Source: Halobacteriovoraceae bacterium (lineage in GTDB: Bacteria > Bdellovibrionota > Bacteriovoracia > Bacteriovoracales > Bacteriovoracaceae). Taken from it: a stretch of DNA of 64,000 bases. The notes under the pieces are model-generated. The model had not been told where the DNA came from and searched no databases. It saw only the letters and a program-made list of their open reading frames with translations. Location of the stretch: NCBI GenBank assembly GCA_963719505.1, contig CAVRCF010000003.1, positions 192,001 through 256,000 on the forward strand, in the 5' to 3' direction. Both the position numbers and the translations under genes were made by a program. Below, in pieces: positions 63,460 through 64,000 of the stretch (positions are counted from its first letter, which is position 1; each line of letters opens with the position of its first letter).

Positions 63460-63917
63460 TTGGCAATCTTTAAGAGCATATTATATGTTTTTTGAATAAG
63501 GTCGTTCGCGCCTGTGTATTCATCTAATCTTTGCATTTCACGACCATTGAGAAGCAGAACTACACCTGGGTATCTTTTAAGATCATAGCGTCTATGAACA
63601 TAATTTCTTGTGATATCTACATTAACGATTTGGATACTTTTAGTCATGGCGAAAACTTTGGGGCTTATAGAGTCCAGCTTCGTTTCAAAAGGGTAGCAAT
63701 CAAAGCGAGTATCGTTAATAGGACAGTATCTTCCACCAAAAACGACAAGAGACCACTCTTTAGCATTAATAACTTTTGTAAAATCAAAGTCACCTGCCTT
63801 ATTAAAACTTTCAAATTCATAACTATTATCAGCGGCAAAAGCTTGGAAACTTAGTAGGACTAAAATTATTAAAGATTTCATCTGGGCTCCGGTAGAATGT
63901 TTTGTGAACCATAGCAA
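63456..63917 (-). CDS. Secreted thioredoxin-fold protein
   Basis: Signal peptide; LVVFG..YC, VNVD, YP.VVLL.NG.E..R. Confidence 0.7.
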   Translation of the reverse strand: MLWFTKHSTGAQMKSLIILVLLSFQAFAADNSYEFESFNKAGDFDFTKVINAKEWSLVVFGGRYCPINDTRFDCYPFETKLDSISPKVFAMTKSIQIVNVDITRNYVHRRYDLKRYPGVVLLLNGREMQRLDEYTGANDLIQKTYNMLLKIAN

Positions 63918-64000
63918 GTGATTGAAATAAAAGGTTAATAATTGAAAAAATTACTCAAAATAGCTAGAGATAAAGGTGTCGACTTGAGATTTTAAGTGAG

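Noticed and set aside
786-63854. Numerous 60-130 aa ORFs antisense to or inside longer genes
   Set aside because: They are shadow ORFs with no recognisable motifs.

Overview
AT-rich bacterial chromosome segment. Gene content is reminiscent of Bacteriovorax/Halobacteriovorax-like Bdellovibrionota, but this is inference and was not verified. The window has two parts. (1) 1-26167 is an accessory island downstream of a minus-strand tRNA-Asp(GTC). It is punctuated by at least 8 full or partial direct copies of a ~110-bp structured sequence built around the tRNA 3' end. Several intervals between copies hold one intact gene (TrkH/KtrB, GdhA, a lipoprotein), giving an integron-like cassette array, and the two copies farthest from the tRNA are the most degenerate. 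The island also carries HigBA and RelBE toxin-antitoxin modules, a tyrosine-recombinase C-terminal remnant, a polymorphic lipoprotein/partner family, an RsbR-S-T/HK/RR operon, an IS481, nested IS3-family elements and a nested or tandem IS1380 pair. (2) 26300-64000 is mostly ordinary chromosome: permease, SDR, MATE, a peptidoglycan-binding triad, MarR-TolC-RND, a hybrid kinase, tRNA-Leu, engB, accA-yicC-gmk-rel, ridA, maeB and an ABC-F gene. Several housekeeping genes are frameshifted, often at homopolymer runs, which is probably sequencing error.
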